64,000 bases of DNA, taken from contig CBDCGL010000011.1 in NCBI GenBank assembly GCA_965216755.1, forward strand, positions 2,752,001 through 2,816,000. Reading direction: 5' to 3'. The DNA is from Alphaproteobacteria bacterium. GTDB lineage: Bacteria > Pseudomonadota > Alphaproteobacteria > UBA7887. Shown piece after piece: positions 1 to 9,342 of this stretch. The translations under genes and the position numbers were made by a program. Below the pieces are notes generated by a model, which made no database searches, was not told where the DNA came from, and saw only the letters and a program-made list of their open reading frames with translations. Numbering within the stretch: position 1 is the stretch's first letter; every line of letters starts with the position of its first letter.

Positions 1-893
1 CGAAACACCCACAGCGCCGCGGTGACGGCGACAATCACAGCCACCAAGCGTTCGCCGCGCGACATCGGCCCAAGATCCTTGAGCTGCTCCGCGATCATGG
101 CGGCTTGGCCGGGTACCGCCGGCAGATGGAGCGGAAAGACGATGCGCGTCAAGATGACCCAGACAATTGGCAACATGATGACCATGGTCGGCACGCCCAC
201 CATCATCCAGTCGAGAAAACTGACATCGATTCCGTAGGTTTCGGACATAAATCCGGCAAGCACGGCATTGGGAGCCGTGCCGATCAATGTGCCCATCCCC
301 CCGATTGTCGCAGCGTAGGCGATGCCGATCATCAGGGCGGTCGCAAAGCGCCGATTTTCCGCCTGCCGGGCGGCATCGTCACCGGCCTCGCGCGTCGCGA
401 AATCGATCACCGACAGGGCAATGGGCACCATCATGACCGTTGTTGTGGTGTTGAACACCCACATGCTGATCGGTGCCGTTGCCAACATAAAACCGCCCAC
501 CACATTAACCGGGCGGCCACCGACCAACGCCACGAGATTGAGGGCGATGCGCCGATGCAGGCCCCAGCGCTGCATGCCGAGGGCGATGATAAATCCGCCC
601 AACATCAGGAAAATAATGGGATTGGCGTAAGGATAGGCCGTCTCCTTGATCGGCATCACGTCGAGCAGGGGAAATGCCGCCAGAGGAATCAACGCCGTCG
701 CCGATAGCGGAATGGCTTCGCTGACCCACCAAGTTGCGATTAGCGCGGCAACTGCCGCCGTGTGCCAGCCGGCTACCGACAACCCAGCCGGCGCTGGCAT
801 GGCTTCGAGCGCCAAAAAGACGACAACGCCGAGGATCAGCCCGATGGCTTGGCTGCGGGCATAGCTGCCCTCGGTCTCTTGGTTTTCACTCAT
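1..893 (-). CDS. DASS/SLC13 family sodium:dicarboxylate symporter (3' end outside the window)
   Basis: Manual translation from ATG 893 (MSENQETEG...WWVSEAIPLSATAL...FNTTTTVMMVPIA...IGGMGTLIGTAPNAV); polytopic membrane protein with DASS motifs; missing from the ORF track because the stop lies outside the window. Confidence 0.85.
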   Translation of the reverse strand, partial: MSENQETEGSYARSQAIGLILGVVVFLALEAMPAPAGLSVAGWHTAAVAALIATWWVSEAIPLSATALIPLAAFPLLDVMPIKETAYPYANPIIFLMLGGFIIALGMQRWGLHRRIALNLVALVGGRPVNVVGGFMLATAPISMWVFNTTTTVMMVPIALSVIDFATREAGDDAARQAENRRFATALMIGIAYAATIGGMGTLIGTAPNAVLAGFMSETYGIDVSFLDWMMVGVPTMVIMLPIVWVILTRIVFPLHLPAVPGQAAMIAEQLKDLGPMSRGERLVAVIVAVTAALWVF

Positions 894-1142
894 TGGACCC
901 TCTCACGGTTGCGCGCGGTGGCACATGGGTGTCGGACCGCTTGCTTTTCATTGTGTTGGGCAGCAGTGCGACAGTATTAGCCGCGTTGCACCGGTGAGGA
1001 AATCGACAATATCATGCCGCCGTGTGTGTCTCTGACCCACCACACCCAATGGCGGCGGCGATCCAAGGTTGACGAAATTGGTGCGCCCGGAGACGCGCAA
1101 GCGAATTGACCACCAGCGGACCGTAGAGGCGATCTTTCAACC

Positions 1143-2285
1143 ATGCTGACAACCATCTCCGAAATCGAGGTCCATACCCTGCGCACGCCACACGAGACGC
1201 GTCCGCACTGGGTAAGCCACTTCATCGTGCCGACTGCGAACGAGCTGTTGGTGCGCCTGCGCACAAATGACGGTATTGAGGGCTTCGGCCTGGCCACCGC
1301 CTATGGCGATATCGGGCCCATCGTCGCGGCGATCAAGTCCGGGTTGCCCGAGCAGATCATTGGCATGAACCCGCTGGCACCGGAGCAAATCTATCACAAG
1401 CTATTCGCCCTGACCGCGACCCGTACGGCGAGCGAAAAAGGCTGGAGCCGGGAAGCGCTGGTACGGATCTCGGCGGCCATTGACATCGCCTGCTGGGATA
1501 TTGTCGGCAAGATCGCGAATCTGCCGCTGTATCAACTGTTCGGGGGGTACCGCGATCGGGTCCCCTGCTACGTCACCTGTGCCTATTACCGAGAGGGCAA
1601 AGACAATGCAGAACTCCGTGACGAAATCAAACGGCTGGTCGCCCAAGGCCATCGCGGCTTCAAAGCCAAGGTGGGGGGACTGACTCTGGCCGAGGACATC
1701 AGCCGCATGGAAATCGTGCGCGAGGAGATCGGACCGGACCGTGACCTGATGATCGACGTCAATCGGGCCTGGGATCTGAAGACCGCCATCGAGGGCGCCC
1801 GACTGCTGGAGCCACTAAACCCGGTGTGGTTGGAGGAGCCGGTGCGATGGATGGACGACCGGCGCGAGTTGAAACTGTTGTCGCAACGGACCGCGATCCC
1901 CCTCTCGGGCGGCGAGAGCGAGCTGACCGGCTATGGTTGCCGGGCGATGCTGGAGGAAGGCGCGATTCAACTTCTGCAATTCGACTGCACCATGTTCGGT
2001 GGCTTCACCGAGGGGCGCAAGCTGGCGGCGCTGTGCGAACTCAATCATGTTGATGTCGCCCCGCACCACGACTGCTTCATTCATGCGTCGCTGGTGGCGG
2101 CCACGCCGGCAGGGCGGATCGTCGAGTCGTTCACGGATCCGGAACGCGATCCCCTGCAGGCCGAGCTGTTCGAGAATCCGCCTCAGATCAAGGATGGCTG
2201 GCTGACACTGAACGATGCCCCGGGCCTTGGATTGACCCTTTCGAAACCGGCGGTCGAGAAATTCGGCACCCAAATCTTCAAGTAG
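1143..2285 (+). CDS. Mandelate racemase/muconate lactonizing enzyme family (enolase superfamily)
   Basis: KxK (FKAKVG), metal ligands DVN / EEP / GE, and the N-terminal AIDIACWDIVGK...LPLYQLFGG motif. Confidence 0.9.
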   Translation: MLTTISEIEVHTLRTPHETRPHWVSHFIVPTANELLVRLRTNDGIEGFGLATAYGDIGPIVAAIKSGLPEQIIGMNPLAPEQIYHKLFALTATRTASEKGWSREALVRISAAIDIACWDIVGKIANLPLYQLFGGYRDRVPCYVTCAYYREGKDNAELRDEIKRLVAQGHRGFKAKVGGLTLAEDISRMEIVREEIGPDRDLMIDVNRAWDLKTAIEGARLLEPLNPVWLEEPVRWMDDRRELKLLSQRTAIPLSGGESELTGYGCRAMLEEGAIQLLQFDCTMFGGFTEGRKLAALCELNHVDVAPHHDCFIHASLVAATPAGRIVESFTDPERDPLQAELFENPPQIKDGWLTLNDAPGLGLTLSKPAVEKFGTQIFK

Positions 2286-2507
2286 TTCCGTGCCCTCGCC
2301 ACAATGCCATGCACAAAGATAGCCTAGCATCCGCGACGTTTGCGCGCCGCGAAAACGGCCCTTGAGCTATTCGCGAAAATCGGAGGCGCGGCCGGTTCGA
2401 GTCACGGCTGGTGGTGATGACACCGGATTTGGCGCGATCGCGAGCATTCGTCACCGCCGGTGGTTTGTGATACGGTCAGCGGTGTTGAGGAATAAGGAAG
2501 CACCGAC

Positions 2508-3383
2508 GTGATGATTCGACGGGCGATTGCCCAGCTGGTGGCGCTCACCTTCTGCGGTGCCGCCGCCCATGCCGGAGACACCAACTCGCACAGCGCGGCG
2601 GCGGCTGGGCCGGTGACGCGTGACCTTGGCGGCACCGTGGTACGCGCGCGCGATCCAGTGCCGCTTGACTCGACGGTATGGCAAGAGCTGCGCGCCACGA
2701 TGTTGGGTGACGCGCCGGCGGTCTATTCTGACTCCAAGGTCCGCCTGGTAATGCCGCGCACGGTCGAGGACGCGTTCAATGTGCCGGTGGTGGTCAAACT
2801 GTCTGACCGGATCGGCCCTGTCGCCCAGATTGTCGTGATGGCCGAGAACAACCCGATCCAGACGGCGGCGCAAATTTTTCCGCGCCGGTCGATCGGCGCC
2901 ATCGGCATGAACATTCGCCTTGAGCAAACGACACCGGTACGCGCCGCCGCGCTTGACGCCAATGGCGTTTGGCACGTCGCGACCACCGAAGTGGAGGTGA
3001 TGAATCCAGGCGGCTGCTCGACGCCGATCGGCGCCAGCGGGGCAGGCGCGGCGCCGGTCGGCGCGATTGCCGTCAAACGCTTCGCGCGGCCAGACCGCGC
3101 GACCCGGTTGAAAGTCGGTATCACCCATCCGATGGATACCGGTTTCGCGCCCGACACCAACGGCGACATTGTGCCGGCCTACTATGTCGACACGCTGACT
3201 GTCACCGATACCGCCGGACCGATCGCCGATCTGGTCACTTGGGCGGCGCTGTCCCCCAATCCAAGCTTTTTTTTCGACCTGCCCGAAGCGCGGCAAAGCG
3301 TTCGCGTGACCGCGTCAGACACCAGGGGGCGCGCCTTCGAAGCCCTTGAAGCTAGCCACGAGACATCAGACAAGCCGTCTTGA
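2508..3383 (+). CDS. Exported fused SoxYZ-like carrier (quinoprotein dehydrogenase-associated type)
   Basis: Signal peptide; SoxY-like half (ENNP...GGCS) followed by SoxZ-like half (HPMDTG...ALSPNP). Confidence 0.8.
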   Translation: MMIRRAIAQLVALTFCGAAAHAGDTNSHSAAAAGPVTRDLGGTVVRARDPVPLDSTVWQELRATMLGDAPAVYSDSKVRLVMPRTVEDAFNVPVVVKLSDRIGPVAQIVVMAENNPIQTAAQIFPRRSIGAIGMNIRLEQTTPVRAAALDANGVWHVATTEVEVMNPGGCSTPIGASGAGAAPVGAIAVKRFARPDRATRLKVGITHPMDTGFAPDTNGDIVPAYYVDTLTVTDTAGPIADLVTWAALSPNPSFFFDLPEARQSVRVTASDTRGRAFEALEASHETSDKPS

Positions 3384-3669
3384 TGGGCCACACCGCGCGG
3401 ACGGTGTTTGATGTGTTGGCGCCTTCGCGCCTGGATCATCCTGCAAGGTCAATACCGACGGACCGCTTCAGGTGACCATTCAATGCTCGTTGAAATCTAA
3501 CTCTTCACGTTCGCTTCGACGGGTCGGCAGATGGCGGCCACCAGCGGCGTCCGGCAGGGCCGTTGTCGTTGACGGCATCTGGTTCCAAGACTGGCTGGCC
3601 TTGGAGGTGCCTGCGTGGAGCCCTGGCACCAGCCTATCAAAGCCACAGCATTGTAACCCATTGATATAT

Positions 3670-3678
3670 TGGCGCACC
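3670..3678 (+). repeat. Left attachment core TGGCGCACC
   Basis: Identical to 27713-27721; followed by TCGAAGGAGAAACTTCGAACC, which resembles the tRNA T-arm side CGACAGGATTCGAACC. Confidence 0.85.
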
Positions 3679-3776
3679 TCGAAGGAGAAACTTCGAACCG
3701 CCTCTTTGAAACACTACAAGACTGGGACACCTACCTCAAGGAGAACACTGTCGAGTTCAGGGAGCCTGCACCATGA
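3678..3776 (+). other. Displaced 3' segment of the serine recombinase gene (LEGETSNRLFETLQDWDTYLKENTVEFREPAP*)
   Basis: In frame with the recombinase across the att core (GTG GCG CAC | CTC GAA...); 32 open codons; TGA 3774-3776 overlaps the mobC ATG. Confidence 0.75.
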
Positions 3777-4222
3777 CGCAGCACTCCCAGGATTGGAATC
3801 GCGGCAGCACCTCAAAGGCTTTCACGGACGCGGCGAGGCAAGCCCAATCACAGCCGTATGAAAAACCGGTTCCATTCTCTCTGCGTCTGACGCGCGAAGA
3901 ACGGGCGCAACTGCATGCGCAGGCTGGAGATCAGCCACTCGGTGCCTACATTCGCCACCAATTGCTAGGCGACAAAGCCCAAAAGCGCCGCCGCACACGC
4001 CGGCCCGGAGTCGACCACCAGAAGCTTGCATTGGTACTTGCCGAACTCGGACGTTCGCGGCTCGCCTCCAACCTGAACCAACTTGCCAAGGCAACAAATA
4101 TGGGCACGTTGGACGTATCCGCCGATCTCGAACAGGAGCTCCGTGAGGCTTGCCAGTCCATCGCGGCGATGCGTGAGAAACTAGTCTCGGCCCTGGGCGT
4201 GAAGGTGGAGTCTGGAAAATGA
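3773..4222 (+). CDS. mobC: Mobilization relaxosome accessory protein MobC (RHH)
   Basis: FSLRLTREER RHH-like N-terminus and SNLNQLAK MobC motif; overlaps the relaxase start. Confidence 0.85.
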   Translation: MTQHSQDWNRGSTSKAFTDAARQAQSQPYEKPVPFSLRLTREERAQLHAQAGDQPLGAYIRHQLLGDKAQKRRRTRRPGVDHQKLALVLAELGRSRLASNLNQLAKATNMGTLDVSADLEQELREACQSIAAMREKLVSALGVKVESGK

Positions 4223-5511
4223 TACTCGTAGGAAATCAGCGGGGCGGAGCGAAAAGCTTGGCCCTCCATCTGCTGAAAGACGAGAACGATCATGTGGAGG
4301 TGTTCGAACTTCGGGGCTTCGCCTCGGATGAATTGCTCCCTGCACTGAACGAAGCCTACGCCGTGAGCCGGGGCACGCGCTGCAAGCAATTCCTGTTCTC
4401 GCTCAGCTTAAACCCACCGCGTACCGAGAATGTCGAAACGGGCGTGTTTGAGAACGCTATTGACAGAATCGAGGAAAAGCTGGGTTTACAGGGTCAGCCC
4501 CGCGCCATCGTCTTTCATGAAAAGAACGGCCGCCGTCATGCGCATGCGGTGTGGAGCCGGATCGACACAGGTGAAATGAAGGCAGTTCCCCTGCCCTACA
4601 CGAAATTCAGACTGCGGGACATATCGCGTGAGCTTTACCTGGAGCATGGCTGGACCATGCCGCACGGTCTTATGAACTCCGAAGCGCGCGATCCTAAGAA
4701 CTTCACCTTGGCGGAATGGCAACAGGCCAAGAGGATCGGCAAAGACCCACGCGAAATTAAGACCGTCTTCGAGGATTGCTGGGCGGTGAGCGATACGCAG
4801 GCTGCGTTTGCCCATGCCCTAAAGGAGCGCGGCTACGTTCTCGCACGCGGCGACAAGCGCGGTTTCGTGGCGCTCGATTTCCGTGGTGAAGTCCACTCGG
4901 TCTCCAAGCGGGTCGGGATCAAGGCGAAGGACGTGCGCGCCAAGCTGTGCGATGAGGAATCTCTGCCTTCCGTCGATAAAGCCAGAAGCCAGATTGCCGA
5001 GGGCATGGCGGCGCGGCTTCAGGAATTAGAGGGTCAACACCGCAAGACAATTGATGCTCGCACAGCCGCGCTTGAACAACGTTGCAGGACGTTGACGCGC
5101 CAACATGTGGATAAACGACGGGCCATGTCCGAATTCCATGAAGCCCGCCAGCTACGAGAAAGGTGTTTACGCCAGGACCGGTTCCGAAGCGGTTTGCGCG
5201 GCCTCTATGACAGGGTGACAGGGCAGCATAAGAGGATTCGTGAGCGCAATGAGGATGAAGCCTGGCAGGCCCTTTTGCGCGACCGGCGGGAGAAAGATGC
5301 ACTGATATTCCGGCAGCTCGAAGAACGTCGGAACATTCAAGATCGACTTGAAAAACTCAGGTCGCTGAAGTCAGAACGGACAACCGAGCTCAAACGCGAC
5401 ATCGACGCGTACCAGGAGATGAAGGAAGGCGAGCGTGAGAAACTGGAACGTCATCGCAGTGACAAACCACGCATCCAGCGGCGACGGCCCGGCAGAGACC
5501 TGGGGAGATAA
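4219..5511 (+). CDS. Relaxase/mobilization nuclease (MOBP-like)
   Basis: SLSLNPP motif and HUH motif FHEKNGRRHAHAVW; coiled-coil C-terminus; coupled to mobC. Confidence 0.9.
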   Translation: MILVGNQRGGAKSLALHLLKDENDHVEVFELRGFASDELLPALNEAYAVSRGTRCKQFLFSLSLNPPRTENVETGVFENAIDRIEEKLGLQGQPRAIVFHEKNGRRHAHAVWSRIDTGEMKAVPLPYTKFRLRDISRELYLEHGWTMPHGLMNSEARDPKNFTLAEWQQAKRIGKDPREIKTVFEDCWAVSDTQAAFAHALKERGYVLARGDKRGFVALDFRGEVHSVSKRVGIKAKDVRAKLCDEESLPSVDKARSQIAEGMAARLQELEGQHRKTIDARTAALEQRCRTLTRQHVDKRRAMSEFHEARQLRERCLRQDRFRSGLRGLYDRVTGQHKRIRERNEDEAWQALLRDRREKDALIFRQLEERRNIQDRLEKLRSLKSERTTELKRDIDAYQEMKEGEREKLERHRSDKPRIQRRRPGRDLGR

Positions 5512-5551
5512 AGTTCAGCCGGCCAACAAAATGAAAAATGGGGTGCGCCTG

Positions 5552-5678
5552 CACCCCTGCCTCGTGGCGAACAGGGGTGTGCAAGCGGAAGGAAAAATCG
5601 GCGGCGGGCGCACAAGCGTCAGCGCGGAGCCTCGGGAGACCGCCTATTTTTCCTGAAGCGCGCTGAGGGCGAAGCCCT
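5552..5678. other. Cluster of hairpins downstream of the relaxase
   Basis: CACCCCTG/CAGGGGTG; AGGAAAAAT-CGGCGG/CCGCC-T-ATTTTTCCT; AGGGC-GAA-GCCCT. Confidence 0.6.
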
Positions 5679-5690
5679 AAGCCGCGTGAG

Positions 5691-5769
5691 GGATCGAAGC
5701 CGCATGGCCGAGACCGCGTATTGCGGGCTCGGTTTACGAGAGCCCGGTCCGGCTTCAGCCGGACGTGCC
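5691..5769 (+). repeat. Structured repeat, copy 1
   Basis: TCGAAGCCG.ATGGCCGA...GGGCTCGGTTTACGAGAGCCC-GTCCGGCT/AGCCGGAC-GTGCC; aligns with 7713-7792 and 9214-9269. Confidence 0.8.
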
Positions 5770-6169
5770 GGGAAGCCAGAACCGAATCAGCCTATGATTT
5801 GAAATGTTAGAATTCACGGCCTTGATTACCCATTTATCGGTACCAATCTCCCAGGTCGCTTGGCCACAGGCAAAAACTGTGAACGCCGATTTGGGCGGCT
5901 TTACATGCGCCGGGAAATGTGTTTCTAGAGTGACGCGCTTTCTAGCGACGCTGGATCGGCTCGCTGACCGTGTTCTTCAACACCCCGCTAAGCGCCAGGA
6001 CGTAAGCCGGAAGTGCCGAAATATCCGTAAATGGTGTGTCGGGTCCGTTTTTTTCAATTCTGCATTGACAGTGCCGTCAGCTAGATGGTTACCTTCTCAT
6101 GAAGCTTCCTTTGCAGCTGCGTGAGGTTATTCTTTTGCCCCTTCCAAGTCCCGTTTTTGCGGTTGGAGC

Positions 6170-6675
6170 GTGACTCCGCTGCAAGCCGAGCGTCTGCTGA
6201 TCATTGTTCAAGAGGCCAAACAAAACGGATGGTATATGGGAACTTCAGCAGAATTAGCGAAACTTTTTGGAGGCGATGGCATTAGTGTCACGCCAAGGGC
6301 GGCAAACTATTTCATTACGCACTTGGCTGGGGCATACGGGTGTTGCAGCAAGCAAGGCAGGCGCTGGAGGGTCGATCACGAAAACTTGTGCACTGAAACC
6401 GGAAAGTGCCGCCTACCTGATGGAGTTGCAGCGACTGTGCCAGAGTGGTGCGAACAGGGCGTACCGGGTTTCAAGAGAAGAGTTCTGCCAGGTTCTTGAA
6501 ACGAGGTATGGAGCCGACAGGGAAACCATGGACGATTTCTTCGAGGTCGCGCTCGGAGGCGACTATGTGGAGGCGCTCGTTAACCCACGAGGCTACATCC
6601 GGCCTGGGCCACGGATGGATGCAGCAGCTTGAATACCTGGAGTTATTGTCAAGGAGTGTGGCATCGAATGAATAA
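6170..6675 (+). pseudogene. Probable doubly frameshifted hypothetical gene
   Basis: Three overlapping + ORFs (6170-6499, 6267-6632, 6445-6675) whose protein-like segments run on from one another in successive frames. Confidence 0.4.
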
Positions 6676-6735
6676 ATATGAAATAATCCGGAGTATTTCT
6701 TTATGTTAGTCCGTGTATTTAAAAGGTAATGTACT

Positions 6736-6972
6736 ATGAAAATCAGAAAAATGCATACTGAAGAAAATCCACCCGAAAGGAAAGGGTTGGTACGGACGTT
6801 TGAAGACCTACGTCGTGAGGCTGGTCCACTTGAGGAAAGGCTGAAGCGTTATGGTTTCGATTTGTACGGTGATCACGAAGGGTTCTATGATTCTCAGAAT
6901 GCGGAACTTAAGAGGAAATCCGACGAACACCTAAAGGCGCCGCTGCTCAGCATAGCTAAACAGGAACCATGA
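6736..6972 (+). CDS. Small hypothetical protein
   Basis: AT-rich ORF with an AAGG RBS-like motif; ATGA overlap with the next gene. Confidence 0.55.
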   Translation: MKIRKMHTEENPPERKGLVRTFEDLRREAGPLEERLKRYGFDLYGDHEGFYDSQNAELKRKSDEHLKAPLLSIAKQEP

Positions 6973-7673
6973 ATGCGGACGATGAAGGGACAATTGATGT
7001 CAATACGGAGATCCGAGACGTATTAGACTATTATCAAGACACCTTTGTTCTCGCCGGCACGACGTACGCAGAAATATCCAAAAGGACTAACGCAAACGAA
7101 CCTCTTTCTCCTCTCGTACTCGGCGAAGTGCGGAGTGCTCTTACTCATCTGGCGCGAGCCAGCAAAGCGCGCCCAGAGAATTCACAAAAAGAATTGTTCC
7201 GTTCGCGTCGGCACATAGCGGTCGCCGCACGTGAAGCCATTAAAGCCAGCATCACCCTCATCAGAGATGATGTAGAAACAAATTTTCGTTCGAGCATCGA
7301 ATTCTTTGGGCGGGCCGACGAGCAACATGTAAGAGACGCGATGCTGATCGACGCCCGCGTCGCAAAAATGATTGAAGCCGAAGATGACCAAAGCCTAGAG
7401 CAAACCCAAGCGGATATCAGAGACTACAAAGAAATATTGTCATGCTATTTAGCTCTTCGCGAAAAGCAATTAGATGAGGAGTATATAGGACAATTTCTCA
7501 GTAGTGCCGAAATGAGAGCGGAAATCGAAAAGAGGAAAGAACGAGTACAAGAGGACGAGAGGAAGAAAATTGCCACGACGAAGAAAAAAACACGAAGAAC
7601 GGATATTATTGTTTTATTTGTCGTCACAATCGTAGGCGCATTACTCAGTTGGGCGCTAGGTCTTATCCCATAA
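6969..7673 (+). CDS. Hypothetical helical protein with a C-terminal membrane anchor
   Basis: 234-aa ORF; EVRSALTHLAR and RRH motifs; basic stretch followed by hydrophobic IIVLFVVTIVGALLSWALGLI. Confidence 0.75.
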   Translation: MNADDEGTIDVNTEIRDVLDYYQDTFVLAGTTYAEISKRTNANEPLSPLVLGEVRSALTHLARASKARPENSQKELFRSRRHIAVAAREAIKASITLIRDDVETNFRSSIEFFGRADEQHVRDAMLIDARVAKMIEAEDDQSLEQTQADIRDYKEILSCYLALREKQLDEEYIGQFLSSAEMRAEIEKRKERVQEDERKKIATTKKKTRRTDIIVLFVVTIVGALLSWALGLIP

Positions 7674-7699
7674 ATCAGCGGGCTGCCAAATAAGAATTT

Positions 7700-7792
7700 G
7701 GTTCACGAGTGTGGTCGAAGCCGAATGGCCGAAGCCTGACGCAGACGGGGTTCGGTTCACGAGGGCCTGGTCCGGCTTTAGTCGGACGTGCC
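7700..7792 (+). repeat. Structured repeat, copy 2 (with an extra GGTTCACGAG core at 7700-7709)
   Basis: Aligns to copy 1 with a compensatory stem change (CCGAA/TTCGG versus CCGAG/CTCGG). Confidence 0.8.
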
Positions 7793-7837
7793 CGATGAAG
7801 ATTCGCACGTGATTGACACATCTAGTAGATTGATAGT

Positions 7838-9154
7838 ATGGCATGGGAACACAACAAAGAGCAGTGCCCGCTGGCCGCCGTCGATCGGCGGCTCGAAGAC
7901 GTGCATCGGTTTTGGCACCAAGCGGAGGAAGTCTACTTCGACCCTGACGCCTTCCGTGTTGCCATTCAGGCGGCGATCCAGACCGCGCGGACCGTGACGC
8001 TTGTTCTTCAAAAAAATAAGAATGTCCTCCCCGACTTCGACAAATGGTACGAGCCTTGGCAGGAAAAACTCGGTGCCAACGCGCTTATGAAATGGATGGT
8101 GGAGGCGCGCAATCGCATTGAAAAGCAAGGCGACCTTGACGCGCATAGCTTTGTGAGCGCCGAAATCGTCGCTTCGCACCTGGACGAAGGCCTGCACATC
8201 CAGGTTCCAGCAAGGTTATCCGACGCACCGCTGGCTCTCATAAGAAGCATTCCCGCGAACGCCCTCGGCGAACACATGAAAAAGGACGGCATCTTGAGAA
8301 TCCGCCGCCGCTGGATCGAGAACAGCTTGCCGGACTACGAGCTTCTGGATGCGGTCGCAGATGCCTACGGCCAACTCTCCCAAGTCGTACGCGCCGCGCA
8401 CCGTCAGATGGGCGTCGGCGGTCCGGAGACGACGAACGTGACGACGGGCCAGACTTACCCCGACGGTGATCGCGCTGGGCGCTTGCCGTGCATGATCGGG
8501 CACGAAGACGCACGCACGCTCGACGTTTGGCTGGCGACAGGCGAGCCATTGGAATTCTCAGAAGTACCGCACAAAGTCGATCTATCTAAAGGTCCCGAGG
8601 TGATGAAGCGGTACGGCGTCGAGCCGCAAGAGATGTTTGCAGACAGTGGACTGCCGGAGGACCACGCCCGCACGCTATTCGCCACCGCCCGCAAGATGTT
8701 CGAGAAAGACGGCTACCACATCACGCTGGCGATTCTATTACCCGATGGTAAGCCTGCCGCGTTCCGCGAGCTGCGGCCCGAAGAACACGGTCACAAATAC
8801 ATGATGATGCGCAACCTTGCGCATGAAGCCCAACGCATTGGTGCGGACTCTGTGATCCTCATCAGCGAATCATGGAGCGCGCCCGCTAACCCAGCCAAAC
8901 CCTACATGCGGCCCGTGGATTCACCTGATCGCCGCGAGCTTCTGACAGCGACAGTCGTGTCGAAAGCCGGAGAGCCACTACATCTGTCAGCGGAAATATT
9001 TCGAGAGAAGAACAAGGTTTCGCTAGGCGAGACACACGAGAATAGCGGCGGCTCGCACTACGCCTTCGCGCCATTCTACGAAGTGTGGGGCAAGGAAATT
9101 CCTGCGATCTGGGTTTCCGGGGAACGCACCGCCGATTCTGCTGAAGAGAAATAG
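7838..9154 (+). CDS. Hypothetical protein, possible N-terminal HEPN-like domain
   Basis: 438-aa ORF; helical N-terminus with WMVEARNRIEKQGD (RNxxxK variant). Confidence 0.65.
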   Translation: MAWEHNKEQCPLAAVDRRLEDVHRFWHQAEEVYFDPDAFRVAIQAAIQTARTVTLVLQKNKNVLPDFDKWYEPWQEKLGANALMKWMVEARNRIEKQGDLDAHSFVSAEIVASHLDEGLHIQVPARLSDAPLALIRSIPANALGEHMKKDGILRIRRRWIENSLPDYELLDAVADAYGQLSQVVRAAHRQMGVGGPETTNVTTGQTYPDGDRAGRLPCMIGHEDARTLDVWLATGEPLEFSEVPHKVDLSKGPEVMKRYGVEPQEMFADSGLPEDHARTLFATARKMFEKDGYHITLAILLPDGKPAAFRELRPEEHGHKYMMMRNLAHEAQRIGADSVILISESWSAPANPAKPYMRPVDSPDRRELLTATVVSKAGEPLHLSAEIFREKNKVSLGETHENSGGSHYAFAPFYEVWGKEIPAIWVSGERTADSAEEK

Positions 9155-9213
9155 AACGTCCTTGGCCGCCCTTTAGCACCCGGCACAAAACAGAGTTGCA
9201 TGCGCAACCCTGT

Positions 9214-9269
9214 GGGGTTCGGTTCACGAGAGCCCGACCCTCCGTAGCCGTAACGAAGGAGGGCGCGCC
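9214..9269 (+). repeat. Structured repeat, copy 3 (3' half)
   Basis: GGGGTTCGGTTCACGAGAGCCCG, then a different-sequence stem CCCTCC/GGAGGG, then CGCGCC. Confidence 0.7.
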
Positions 9270-9342
9270 TCATCACAAAGCGCCATTCAGCAGGAGCGAC
9301 TGAAACACAATTGAGACAATCAGAAAGCCAATCGAATGCTCT

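Noticed and set aside
2508-3383. Thiosulfate-oxidizing Sox system
   Set aside because: Fused YZ with an internal GGCS rather than a terminal GGCGG arm; no soxABXCD
3472-3861. 129-aa ORF spanning the left att site
   Set aside because: Crosses the junction, overlaps mobC out of frame and has no motif; the informative frame is the displaced recombinase tail
7813-7839. TTGACA...TAGTAT promoter for the 438-aa ORF
   Set aside because: Spacer is 15 nt and the -10 overlaps the start codon
5691-9269. CRISPR array or classical integron
   Set aside because: Intervals are 1.4-1.9 kb gene-bearing segments; no cas genes or IntI-type integrase are visible
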